A DNA stretch of 64,000 bases from Vicinamibacterales bacterium (GTDB lineage Bacteria > Acidobacteriota > Vicinamibacteria > Vicinamibacterales > UBA8438): the NCBI GenBank assembly GCA_965197375.1, contig CBDAMZ010000010.1, positions 384,844 through 448,843 on the forward strand. The letters are read 5' to 3'. Under the pieces are notes generated by a model that was not told the origin of the DNA, made no database searches, and saw only the letters and a program-made list of their open reading frames with translations. This document shows positions 15,665 to 27,302 of the stretch, in pieces; within the stretch, counting starts at the first letter, position 1, and every line of letters begins with the position of its first letter. Made by a program: the position numbers and the translations under genes.

Positions 15665-18595
15665 TTAGCTGGCAGTTTGGGCCGGAGTTACTGGCTTGCG
15701 CGGTTGACCCGCCTGAAATGCCCGGTCACACGCTCTTTGGAAGCGGGCCGTCAGGCGCCGCCCAGTTTCGCCTGGAAGCTGTCCTAGCCTGCGCCGGTCG
15801 GCCTGCAGTCGCCTGACTTCCTCGACCGCCGTGCGACGTGTCGCCGCCTCGTCGCCGCGAACGCCCATCGTGTTGTTGGCGAGCTGCTCCCGCCACTTTC
15901 TTGCCAGAATCTCTGCAGGGGATGTCCCAGCTTCGTCCAGCACCTCAGCTGGGGTGAGCGCTTCGACTCGAGTACAGAGCTGTTCAAGTTGCTTGAGTTT
16001 TCGCTCGGGGTCAAGGTCCGTGCCGCGAAAGTGGTCAGGATACGCATTCACCAAACACGCAACTGCCTGGCCGAAGCGCGTCGACAGCTTGCGTCTCAGC
16101 TCACCTGGCACCTCGGGTGCCTGGCGCCACCTGTTTTGGATCCCGCGCACCGACTCGACGAGTTCGTCCGGGGCTGCAAACGCCGCACCGGCATTCGCAA
16201 GAGCCAGCGCCTCGAGCTCGGCACAGAGCGTTTCGCGTGCAGCGACCCGTTCGGCCGCCGCTTCGCGCTCCCCTTCCTGCAACCGCTCGAATACTCGGTC
16301 GCATGCCGTGCGGAAGCGCTGCCAGACTGCTTCCGAACGTGTCCGGCGGACCGGGCCGATGGCCTTCCACTTCGCCTGCGCCTGCTTAACAGCTGGAACC
16401 GCAACAGCCAGGTCGTCAGTGTCGACGAGCGCCTCAACGCACACACACAGCGCTTCCTTCCGCTCCAGATTGCGCGCCCACTCCTGTTTAAGTTTGACCA
16501 GATCAGCTTTCCGCCGGGCAAAGAATTCACTGCATGCCGCCCGGAAACGGTTCCAGAGATGGTGTTGCTCCTTGCGCGGCAGCGGGGACAGAGTCTTCCA
16601 TTCGGCCTGGAGCTCAGTGATCCGCTGCGCTGTTTTGATCCAATCCGTCGACGTACGGAGTCGTTCGGCCTCCTCGACCAAAGCACATTTGCGCTCGCGG
16701 TTCCGTTCCCGCTTGGCCGCCTGCGCCTCGAAGAACCTCTCGCAACATGGATACACCACGTCGTGGGCCACCTTGAACCGCTGCCACAACGCCACACCTT
16801 TGTCCTTGGGCACGTCGGCGGCTTGACGCCACCGGGTCATGAGATCGCGAAACCGTCCGGCAAGCTCCACATCCTCAAGATCAGAAGTGATCTCACTCAG
16901 CGCCTCCATCTCGCGACAGAGCTCCTCTTGGATTCCGAGATTGGCCCAGCGCTGCCAGTCGGCAAAATCCCTCAGTTCGCGCACGCGTCCAAGCAGCGCG
17001 GTGTGCGCCAGGCGCAATCGGCGCGTTGCCGTGTCCCGATCGTGTCGCGTTGGAAGAGGCGGCACGTCGTTGAGTACGCGTCGCGCCGCGCGTAGCTGTC
17101 GCTCGGCTTCAACGAGCTCGAGTTTTTCCTTTACCACGGCGGCATCGATCTTTTCGCACAGCCGCCCCAAGCGCGCCAGGTTGGCGTGTTCGGCGCGATT
17201 GCGTTCGGCTTTCGCCGCGACCGCCAGCGCCCGATGTCGGCCACCCGCCGTTTCCTTGCGTTGCTCGAGCGCCGCGACCCGAGCGTCGATATCAGGATCC
17301 CCGCCGGGTGAGCCCGAACGGACGGCCTCCATCAGCTTGCGCCATGTCTTGTCAAGCTCAGGCCAGCGCGCCTTGACATCATCATGGTCATCCGTCGAAA
17401 TGAGCTGCTCGATTTCGCTGGCGAGCGCTTCGAGTTTACGGACTCGCTCGTGACGAGCTACCAACGCTTCGTGCCGACGGACGCAGGACGACGCCGCCTC
17501 CTCGAATTGCTGAGCAAGTGCCACGAGTTCGCTGGCCAGAGCAACGTCACCCTCAGCCTCAGCGGCATCAGGCGCTAGTTGGGCCCACTCCTTGCGCACC
17601 CGTAGCAGTTGCTCCACAGCCAATAGACCATTCAGCGCGTCGACCCGCTTGCAAAGCGAGACATGGGCGGCCAGGACAGACGCGCGCTGTTCGGTGACGC
17701 GGCGCGTTTCAACCAACGTCGCTTCGAGCTCCAGTAGTCGTCCCTCAACGGCCCGTCGAGCCGCGGCAAAGCGCTCGGCGACAGCCGGGGTAGTTATTTC
17801 GTCGATCGCCGTCCATCTCACAAGGATTTCGTCAAGCGCGTTCCGTCCCCGTTGCAGATCGTCTATAGAGACCAGCGCCTCAAGTGCGGTGCAGACGCTC
17901 GCCCATTCCTCTGCCTGACCTCCCACTGGTGGCACCTCTGACGCGAACTGGCTCAGCACCGCTTTGGCTCGGCGCGCAACCGCCTTCTGCTTAGACCGCT
18001 TGGCGATCCCCTTGAGCATGGTCCGGTCCATGGCGCTTTCGTCGCGCGCCAAGCGATCGTAGGCGGCCAGAGCCACAGTCTTGTCGTCCGCCTTGATCGC
18101 AATCGACAGGAGCTCGGCGCGCTCAGTGATGCGCGCGAGCGATTCGTGCGCCACGTCAACATGGTTAGCGCGGCGGGCTACCACCCCAAGCGCCTTGACA
18201 TCAGTCAATAGGGCCAACGCGACCCGGCTGACCGCTTCAGCTTTCGCCGACCGGGCAACGGCAGTGAGATCTCGTTCGTTGGACAAGATCTCGAGACCCA
18301 TTTTGGCGTCCGCGACCCCGTCAGCACTGATCACGAGTTCCCGAATGGCCGCTACCGCCTCCGCTCGAACGCCTTCGTCTGCTTCGGACTCACTCCGGAC
18401 GATATCAGCCAGCGCTTGCTGGTCAGTTACCCGGCTGACCGCCACACGGCGAACATTCGGGGCTTCGTCATGTCGGGCAATTTCGATGAGAAGATCCTGC
18501 GCCTCGCCTGCCAATTCGCGCACGGCGGCCTCGCGGGCGGATGGATCATCGTTTTGCCACTCGGGACGGAAGCGGAATTTCTCGAGCAGCTTCAT
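15665..18595 (-). CDS. DUF349 repeat protein with N-terminal HEAT-like repeats
   Basis: At least six copies of the DUF349 unit W(K/R)x(I/L)xP...LWxRFxxAxDxFF occur, for example LQAEWKTLSPLPRKEQHHLWNRFRAACSEFFARRK, AQAKWKAIGPVRRTRSEAVWQRFRTACDRVFERL and LMTRWRQAADVPKDKGVALWQRFKVAHD. The N-terminus DPSAREAAVREL..APNVRRVAVSRV is HEAT-like. The start could instead be the GTG at 18619. Confidence 0.8.
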   Translation of the reverse strand: MKLLEKFRFRPEWQNDDPSAREAAVRELAGEAQDLLIEIARHDEAPNVRRVAVSRVTDQQALADIVRSESEADEGVRAEAVAAIRELVISADGVADAKMGLEILSNERDLTAVARSAKAEAVSRVALALLTDVKALGVVARRANHVDVAHESLARITERAELLSIAIKADDKTVALAAYDRLARDESAMDRTMLKGIAKRSKQKAVARRAKAVLSQFASEVPPVGGQAEEWASVCTALEALVSIDDLQRGRNALDEILVRWTAIDEITTPAVAERFAAARRAVEGRLLELEATLVETRRVTEQRASVLAAHVSLCKRVDALNGLLAVEQLLRVRKEWAQLAPDAAEAEGDVALASELVALAQQFEEAASSCVRRHEALVARHERVRKLEALASEIEQLISTDDHDDVKARWPELDKTWRKLMEAVRSGSPGGDPDIDARVAALEQRKETAGGRHRALAVAAKAERNRAEHANLARLGRLCEKIDAAVVKEKLELVEAERQLRAARRVLNDVPPLPTRHDRDTATRRLRLAHTALLGRVRELRDFADWQRWANLGIQEELCREMEALSEITSDLEDVELAGRFRDLMTRWRQAADVPKDKGVALWQRFKVAHDVVYPCCERFFEAQAAKRERNRERKCALVEEAERLRTSTDWIKTAQRITELQAEWKTLSPLPRKEQHHLWNRFRAACSEFFARRKADLVKLKQEWARNLERKEALCVCVEALVDTDDLAVAVPAVKQAQAKWKAIGPVRRTRSEAVWQRFRTACDRVFERLQEGEREAAAERVAARETLCAELEALALANAGAAFAAPDELVESVRGIQNRWRQAPEVPGELRRKLSTRFGQAVACLVNAYPDHFRGTDLDPERKLKQLEQLCTRVEALTPAEVLDEAGTSPAEILARKWREQLANNTMGVRGDEAATRRTAVEEVRRLQADRRRLGQLPGETGRRLTARFQRACDRAFQAGQPRKPVTPAQTAS

Positions 18596-18788
18596 TGACA
18601 AGCCGGGGAAGCTTCCCACAAAGGTTGACCCGCCCTACGCAGCGCGTGGCCCAGTTCTGGGAAACCGGGGCACTGGACAGGCTGCTATGGATTATGCATA
18701 CTCGGGGCCGAGTCTCCGGGGCGTACCAGATTTAAAATTCGGTGTTTTTGTTGGGCTTACAAGCCGTGTTTGGCCTCATCGCCAATAA

Positions 18789-18828
18789 AGATCCTTATTA
18801 TTGGATCTAAAAATCCTAAATTTTGGAT
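18789..18828. promoter_or_regulatory. two tandem palindromes AGATCC-N8-GGATCT and (A)ATCC-N8-GGAT, centres 22 bp apart, in an AT-rich divergent promoter region
   Basis: Read directly: agatcc ttattatt ggatct (18789-18808) and atcc taaatttt ggat (18813-18828). They lie between the DUF349 gene (-) and the cyclophilin gene (+) in a locally AT-rich stretch of a GC-rich genome. Confidence 0.45.
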
Positions 18829-18873
18829 AGTACCAAATTCGCGGTCCAGCCAGGACCGCAAGGAGAATACCCC

Positions 18874-19458
18874 TTGTCGCTTCGCCCAGTGGTCCTCGCT
18901 GGAATTGTTGCTAGCACGATGCTTGGAGCGGCCGGTGCAACAGCTCAGGACAATCCGGTCGTCGTGATAGACACGAACCTGGGGAGTATGACGATTGAGC
19001 TTTTCCAGGATGAGGCACCGATTTCAGTCGAGAACTTTCTTCAATACGTTAACGACGGCTTCTATGAAGGTACGGTGTTCCACCGGGTGATTCAACAATT
19101 CATGATCCAGGGTGGTGGGATGACAGCCGATCTCGCCCGAAAGAAGACTCGGGCCCCAATCAAAAACGAGGCAACCAACGGCCTCAGCAACGAACGTGGA
19201 ACGGTCGCGATGGCGCGAACAAACGTCGTTGACAGCGCTACCTCCCAGTTCTTCATCAACACGGTAAACAACGGCAGTCGGGGTCTCAACCATCGCGGGA
19301 CCGATCCGCAATCGTACGGCTACGCCGTGTTCGGCCGGGTCGTCGACGGGATGGACGTAGTCGACAAAATCTCGGCCGTTCCCACGCAGAACCAGGGCCA
19401 AACCCGAGATGTCCCGGTCGACGCGGTCATTATCGAGTCAGTGACAGTGAGAAACTAG
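18874..19458 (+). CDS. exported cyclophilin-type peptidyl-prolyl cis-trans isomerase
   Basis: [33 protein letters not shown] and [17 protein letters not shown] are cyclophilin blocks. The TTG at 18874 has AAGGAG 9 nt upstream. The longest-ORF start at 18823 lies inside an AT-rich palindromic region. Confidence 0.9.
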   Translation: MSLRPVVLAGIVASTMLGAAGATAQDNPVVVIDTNLGSMTIELFQDEAPISVENFLQYVNDGFYEGTVFHRVIQQFMIQGGGMTADLARKKTRAPIKNEATNGLSNERGTVAMARTNVVDSATSQFFINTVNNGSRGLNHRGTDPQSYGYAVFGRVVDGMDVVDKISAVPTQNQGQTRDVPVDAVIIESVTVRN

Positions 19459-19588
19459 TGGCCCTACCGCAAGAACCGGACTCATAACCGACCTCGTCTT
19501 CTTAGGCTGAGTCGGTTCCTGCAGCAACCCGACGCGCGCGACGTGAGGGCACGCGATCCCTACTTCGCGCGAAAGGAGGAGCCCCTTG

Positions 19589-20182
19589 ATGTCTCGAACC
19601 CTCGCGTTTGTGTGTGTCATCACCTTGGCCGCTGTCCTGCCCGCCGGGGCGGCGGCGCAGGGTCCGCCTCCCAACCCGAGGGTCGTGATCGAGACGACCC
19701 GCGGTGACATCACCTGCGAGCTGTTCCGGGCGCAAGCCCCAGTCTCGGTCGCTAATTTCCTGACTTACGTGCAGGACGGCTTCTACGACGGCACGATCTT
19801 TCACCGAGTTGTCCGCAACTTCATGATCCAGGGCGGCGGCAGAACCGAAGATCTGACGCGCAAAACAGACGGGCTGCGCGGCGGCATCCTCAACGAAGCG
19901 ACCAACAAGCTGCGGAACCGCCGTGGAACCCTCGCCATGGCGCGAACGGCAGCGCCGAATTCAGCGCGCTCGCAGTTCTTCATCAACATTGCAGGTAACT
20001 CGAGCCTGGATCACCGAGACACCACCCCCCAGGGCTACGGCTACGCGGTGTTTGGCAAGGTCATCGACGGCATGTATATCGTCGACGGCATTCAGAGCGT
20101 TCGGACTCGCCGGGTCAACGACATGGACAACGTCCCTCTCCAGCCGATCGTAATCAAGCGTGTCCGGCGCCTAGAGCCTTAG
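19589..20182 (+). CDS. exported cyclophilin-type peptidyl-prolyl cis-trans isomerase (tandem paralog)
   Basis: AAGGAGG upstream of TTGATG. Signal peptide MSRTLAFVCVITLAAVLPAGAAAQ. Blocks FHRVVRNFMIQGGG, GTLAMARTAAPNSARSQFFIN and YAVFGKVIDGMYIVDGI. Confidence 0.9.
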   Translation: MSRTLAFVCVITLAAVLPAGAAAQGPPPNPRVVIETTRGDITCELFRAQAPVSVANFLTYVQDGFYDGTIFHRVVRNFMIQGGGRTEDLTRKTDGLRGGILNEATNKLRNRRGTLAMARTAAPNSARSQFFINIAGNSSLDHRDTTPQGYGYAVFGKVIDGMYIVDGIQSVRTRRVNDMDNVPLQPIVIKRVRRLEP

Positions 20183-20251
20183 TAGCCTGCGAACTTTCGC
20201 ACACAGGACGCCTGGCCTAATGAGCAACAATAAGGCTGGGGCTCCTAGTCC

Positions 20252-23059
<2,808 letters not shown>

Positions 23060-23092
23060 CTGTGCCCCGCCATCTTAGCAGTCCATAACTAT

Positions 23093-23127
23093 GGCGCGCA
23101 CGCCGAGGCTATCTCGGTGTGCGTGCC
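23093..23127 (+). terminator. GC-rich hairpin downstream of the ACP-FAAL-acyltransferase gene (no U-tract)
   Basis: ggcgcgcacgccgag / gctat / ctcggtgtgcgtgcc forms a 15-bp stem (13 Watson-Crick pairs plus 2 G-U when read on the + strand) with a 5-nt loop. It starts 34 nt after the stop codon, between convergent genes. Confidence 0.45.
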
Positions 23128-23157
23128 GTAGTTAATGAACCGCTTGGAGTTCACAGC

Positions 23158-23658
23158 TCAGGGTGGTCTCCCTTCACGAGCGAGCCGCTCAAGAGCCTTG
23201 CCCGTAAGCCGATACACGACCCACCCGTCCATCGGGACCGCGCCGGCTTGCCGGTAAGATTGGATAGCCGGTTCGTTCCAGTCCAGTACGGCCCACTCCA
23301 TCCGTCCACACTGACGATCCACGGCTAGGCGAGCTACGTACGCGAGTAGGCGGCGGCCGAACCCACGACCGCGAAACGCGGCCCGAACGTAGAGATCCTC
23401 AAGATACAACCCGGGCCGCCCGAGGAAGGTAGAAAAATTATGGAAGAACAGCGCGAACCCAACCGGCTCATCGTCGTAACGGCCGATGATCACCTCAACG
23501 ATCGGCTGATCAGAAAAAAGTGCGCCTTGGATATCTTCCTCGGTTGCGACGACCTGATCGGCCAGGCGCTCGTATGCGGCCAGCTCCTTAATCAGAGAGA
23601 GAACAACCGCCGCATCCGATGGGACTGCAGCACCGATGACGAATTGGGGATCATTCAC
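23158..23658 (-). CDS. GNAT family N-acetyltransferase (diamine/thialysine acetyltransferase-like)
   Basis: 166 aa. LYLEDLYVRAAFRGRGFGRRLLAYVARLA is the acetyl-CoA binding R/Q-x-x-G-x-G/A block. MEWAVLDWNEPAIQSY is typical of the SSAT-like subgroup. Confidence 0.8.
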   Translation of the reverse strand: MNDPQFVIGAAVPSDAAVVLSLIKELAAYERLADQVVATEEDIQGALFSDQPIVEVIIGRYDDEPVGFALFFHNFSTFLGRPGLYLEDLYVRAAFRGRGFGRRLLAYVARLAVDRQCGRMEWAVLDWNEPAIQSYRQAGAVPMDGWVVYRLTGKALERLAREGRPP

Positions 23659-23881
23659 CGCCCTAAACTAACAAGAGTCGGTTTCTCGGCCATGAAGCTG
23701 GCCGCTCCGTCCTACACCCCGAGCAGCGGGACACCCCGTACGTCGGGATCGTGAAAGAAGCCGCTCGTGGGAACAAGGTAAAGCTTAATACTACAAAGTT
23801 GCCCGCACGCCTGAGCCTAGTTGGTTCTAAAGCAGCCCGATGCGGCCGGCGAATCCCGCAGTGGATGTGATTTGACTTCGC

Positions 23882-25057
23882 TTACGGCGCTGCCGGTTTC
23901 ATGCCCCCCCCCCGCTGGACTGTTGCAAGTGCCTGTTCGAGATCGCCCATCAGATCGTCCGCATCCTCGATGCCAATCGACAACCGGAGGAGGTTGGGTG
24001 GCACGCTGGTGCCCGGCCCTTCCACGGAGGCACGGTGTTCGACGAGGCTCTCCACCCCACCGAGCGACGTGGCGTTTCTGAATACCTTAAGCGCCCCTGC
24101 CACTTGCTTGGCAGCCACTTCGCCGCCTGCTACTCGAAACGAGACTAGCATCCCGAACCCGCCGGTCATCTGACGGGCAGCAGTCGTGTGACCCGGATGA
24201 TTCTCGAGGCCAGGATACATTGTCTGCGTGACAGCCGGATGGCGAGCCAACGCCTCAGCCACACGCTGGGCAGTCCGGGCCGCGGCTGGCACACGCAAGA
24301 ACATCGTGCGCATCCCCCGCAGCAACAACCAGCTCTCAAACGAACCGATTACGGCACCCCGGTATGCACGCTCGTGTTTGCACCGGTCCCAGAACGCATC
24401 CTGGCGCGCCGTCACCAGCGCACCCGCGAGAATATCTGAGTGGCCGTTCAACTGCTTGGTCGCGGAGTGCATCACGAGGTCGGCGCCCAGTTCGATCGGC
24501 CGACAGAGCACTGGAGTTGCCACGGTGCTATCTGCGATCACCCGAGCGCCGGCAGCATGCGCAAGCTCGGCCGTCGCAGCAATGTCAGTCACCGCACAGG
24601 TCGGGTTGGCCGGCGTCTCGACCCAGACGATCTTCGTCTGGCCTGGCCGAAGCGCTCCCTCGAGCGCCGCAAGGTCACCGTTCGGCACGAAGTCGAGCGC
24701 CATTCGTCCACGCGCCTCGAGGTCCCGGAGCCACAGCCGAACGGTCCAGTACATTTGCTCCGGTGCAACCACGTGATCGCCTACTGCCAACGTCTCGAAC
24801 ACGGTCGTCGCCGCGGCCATACCAGAACTGAACAGCATCGCCGCTTGACCGGACTCGAGCCGGGCTAGCAGGGCTTCGGGCTGCGCATAGGTCGGATTCT
24901 GGTCACGCGTGTAGGTATGGCCACCGGGATAGTTCCCATCGGCCGCGCGTTCGAACAGCGTAGACGGGTAGATCGGCGGCACCAGAGATCGAGTCGTTGG
25001 CTCGGCCCACCCGAGCGCTTGTGCCGCAAGCGTCGACGATTTCAGTTTGGAGGGCAT
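23882..25057 (-). CDS. Cys/Met-metabolism PLP enzyme (cystathionine gamma-synthase/beta-lyase family)
   Basis: FSSGMAAATTV, VWVETPANP and VMHSATKQLNGHSDILAGALV (PLP-lysine block SATK) are present, along with LGGVESLVEHRAS near the C-terminus. Confidence 0.85.
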   Translation of the reverse strand: MPSKLKSSTLAAQALGWAEPTTRSLVPPIYPSTLFERAADGNYPGGHTYTRDQNPTYAQPEALLARLESGQAAMLFSSGMAAATTVFETLAVGDHVVAPEQMYWTVRLWLRDLEARGRMALDFVPNGDLAALEGALRPGQTKIVWVETPANPTCAVTDIAATAELAHAAGARVIADSTVATPVLCRPIELGADLVMHSATKQLNGHSDILAGALVTARQDAFWDRCKHERAYRGAVIGSFESWLLLRGMRTMFLRVPAAARTAQRVAEALARHPAVTQTMYPGLENHPGHTTAARQMTGGFGMLVSFRVAGGEVAAKQVAGALKVFRNATSLGGVESLVEHRASVEGPGTSVPPNLLRLSIGIEDADDLMGDLEQALATVQRGGGMKPAAP

Positions 25058-25109
25058 GGTCTGCCTGTCCTCGCGGCACGGCAGTGCCGGTCCGGCTTAA
25101 TTGGACCAC

Positions 25110-26525
25110 TCACGCACGGATTAAATCGACGTCCACGACGATACGCCGCCACTGTCCCTGGCGAAACCGGAGCACGCTCAAGACGGCACGGGTCATGTGG
25201 CCGAGCACGATCGCCAACCAGATGTCGGCCGGCGCGAGGTCACGCGTGATCTGAAAGTAGGTGCACAACCCGATCGGCACCACAACCTGAGACACGATCG
25301 AAATGTAGAGTGGGCCCCTGGTATCTCCGGTGCCTTGTAAGCCGCCCGTGTACGTCAGTGCCACCGCGACGAACACCCCCGAGATCGCCAGGTAGCTTAA
25401 GAGTTGTCGACTGAGCTCGAACTGAACACCATCACCCATCCCGAAAATCGTCAAGAGCGCCCGCGGGACAAGGAGGAAGGCAAGCCCCGCGACGCTGGCG
25501 AACCCAACCCCGATCGAGGCCGCAATGAACGCGGTTCGCGCGCTGCGGTCGGGGTGGCCAGCGCCGAGATTCTGCCCCGCGACGGCGGCCGTCGCTCCCA
25601 TCAGCCCGACCGACGTCCACGTGATTAGTGCGAAAAGCTCCGTGTAACTGACGGCGTAGGCCGCCTGTGCCTCGGCGCTGTATTCAAGTGAGCCGACGAA
25701 CCGGAGCAGCAGCACACCGGCCACGTTCATGACGATGCCCTGGAACCCAGCCGGTAGCCCAAATTTGAACAACTGGCGAATGATGGCCCAATCGGGAGCG
25801 AACGACATCGTTCGCGAGAACCGGATGACGAGCCGACCGGAAAACAGCAGGGCCAGAAAGCTGGTGCCGACGATGCCGCTGGCGATCGCCGTGCCCATAG
25901 CGGCACCCATCGTACCAAACGATGGAATCGGGCCGAAGCCACGAATGAGGACTACGTTCAGCACGACGTTCAGCATCGTCATAACGATGCCGAGTCGAAG
26001 CGGCGTGCGCACATCACCGGCCGCGCGGAGAGCGCCGCTCATCATGAAGAAGACGAGCATGCCAATGCTGAACACGAACATGATCCGGATGTACGGCAGC
26101 GCCTCGAGTTGCACCTCGGGCGCGGCATTGATCATTGTAAGAAGCACCGGGGCGACCAGATAACCAAGTGGCGCGAGCACACAGACGGCCATAAGGACGG
26201 TAACCAGAAACGCCTGGTAAACGGCGCGGTTGACTTTGTTTGCTTCGCCCGCGCCAGCAAACCGGGCCACGAGCACGCCCATACCGGTAAAGACCGACGC
26301 GACGAAGACGATGACCAGCAGAAAGATCTGAAGGCTGACGCCAATAGCAGCGTTCCCCGTGTGCCCCACGTAGTGCCCGACCATCGCCTGATCGATAATC
26401 CCCTGCATTCCACCGATGACGTTCTGCAGCATCGTCGGCCACGCGAGTGTCCACACCGCGCGCGGGAGGGAGCCTTCGATAATCGTGCGATCGAACTTTT
26501 TTTGTGTAAGCGCGCTACTACCCAT
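25110..26525 (-). CDS. MATE family efflux transporter
   Basis: 471 aa polytopic protein. The N-terminus LPRAVWTLAWPTMLQNVIGGMQGIIDQAMVGHYVG is typical of NorM/DinF-type MATE proteins, and there is an internal two-fold repeat of six-TM halves. Confidence 0.85.
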   Translation of the reverse strand: MGSSALTQKKFDRTIIEGSLPRAVWTLAWPTMLQNVIGGMQGIIDQAMVGHYVGHTGNAAIGVSLQIFLLVIVFVASVFTGMGVLVARFAGAGEANKVNRAVYQAFLVTVLMAVCVLAPLGYLVAPVLLTMINAAPEVQLEALPYIRIMFVFSIGMLVFFMMSGALRAAGDVRTPLRLGIVMTMLNVVLNVVLIRGFGPIPSFGTMGAAMGTAIASGIVGTSFLALLFSGRLVIRFSRTMSFAPDWAIIRQLFKFGLPAGFQGIVMNVAGVLLLRFVGSLEYSAEAQAAYAVSYTELFALITWTSVGLMGATAAVAGQNLGAGHPDRSARTAFIAASIGVGFASVAGLAFLLVPRALLTIFGMGDGVQFELSRQLLSYLAISGVFVAVALTYTGGLQGTGDTRGPLYISIVSQVVVPIGLCTYFQITRDLAPADIWLAIVLGHMTRAVLSVLRFRQGQWRRIVVDVDLIRA

Positions 26526-26600
26526 GTAGTGTGTCCTGCAACGACAACGGGGAACTCGGCGCGGGCCGAAGTGGAAACGGTAAGATTAGGAAGTCGCACC

Positions 26601-27260
26601 GTGGCGTCAGAGTTGCCGACACTCTATCAGATCGAAGTGCGGGTCCGAGCGGCGTTCGCGGCGCCGCTGCCGGGCGCCGAGGCTCATCTCGCCCTCGCGC
26701 CACACCCGAGACACGGCTGGAACCCCGGCCAGGTCCCCGCGGGCTCGAAGGCCGCAGCCGCGCTCGTCCTGCTCTACCCTCTTCGTGACGCGCCCCACAT
26801 CCTACTCACCGTGCGGGCTGGGATGCTGGCGCAGCACGCGGGGCAAGTGTCGCTGCCTGGCGGAAAACTCGACGCGGACGAGACGGTCGAGGCGGCCGCG
26901 CTGCGGGAGGTAACCGAGGAGGTCGGCGTCGACCCGACGCAGGTCGGGGTGCTCGGCGCACTCTCGACCCTCTACATCCCGGTCAGCGACTTTGCGCTCC
27001 ATCCGATCGTCGGTTTGAGTAATCGGCCCCCGAGGCTGCACCTGGGGGGCGGCGAAGTCTGGCGGATCCTGGAGGTGCCGATCGGCGACCTGCTCGCTCC
27101 GAACAGCTTGCGGCTCGGCACGCGGTGGCACCTCGATCGACAGTATCAGGTGCCGTACTTCGAGCTGTGCGACAAGCGGGTGTGGGGTGCTGCGGCAATG
27201 GTGCTGGCCGAGTTGTTGGCGGTGCTCGGCGCGTTCCAGCGGAATCCACGGGAGAGCTAG
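26601..27260 (+). CDS. Nudix hydrolase, CoA pyrophosphatase subfamily
   Basis: Only the last 219 codons of the 383-aa ORF are used; the upstream part is antisense to the MATE gene. ILLTVRAGMLAQHAGQVSLPGGKLDADETVEAAALREVTEEVGV combines the NuCoA-type motif with the Nudix box GX5EX7REUXEEXGU. GTG start at 26601. Confidence 0.85.
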   Translation: MASELPTLYQIEVRVRAAFAAPLPGAEAHLALAPHPRHGWNPGQVPAGSKAAAALVLLYPLRDAPHILLTVRAGMLAQHAGQVSLPGGKLDADETVEAAALREVTEEVGVDPTQVGVLGALSTLYIPVSDFALHPIVGLSNRPPRLHLGGGEVWRILEVPIGDLLAPNSLRLGTRWHLDRQYQVPYFELCDKRVWGAAAMVLAELLAVLGAFQRNPRES

Positions 27261-27302
27261 GCCTCAAACTGCCACGTCGGTGTCTGGAGGAGATTCAAGC
27301 TG

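Noticed and set aside
15831-17095. Long + strand ORFs (331 aa and 368 aa), plus several - strand off-frame ORFs, inside the DUF349 gene.
   Set aside because: They are Arg/Ser/Ala-rich and low in complexity, with no recognisable motifs. They fully overlap a gene that has clear repeated family signatures, which is the typical high-GC shadow-ORF artefact.
23801-23865. tRNA-like fragments (agcctagttggttctaaagc resembling a D-arm; ggcgaatcccgc resembling a T-loop).
   Set aside because: No cloverleaf can be drawn. The acceptor stem has no 3' partner, the D-stem halves are not complementary, the T-loop would be 9-10 nt, and the total length is too short.
26109-26600. Upstream 164 codons of the 383-aa ORF that ends as the Nudix hydrolase.
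   Set aside because: It is antisense to the MATE transporter gene. The Nudix/NuCoA homology begins only after about 26640, so the start was moved to the GTG at 26601.
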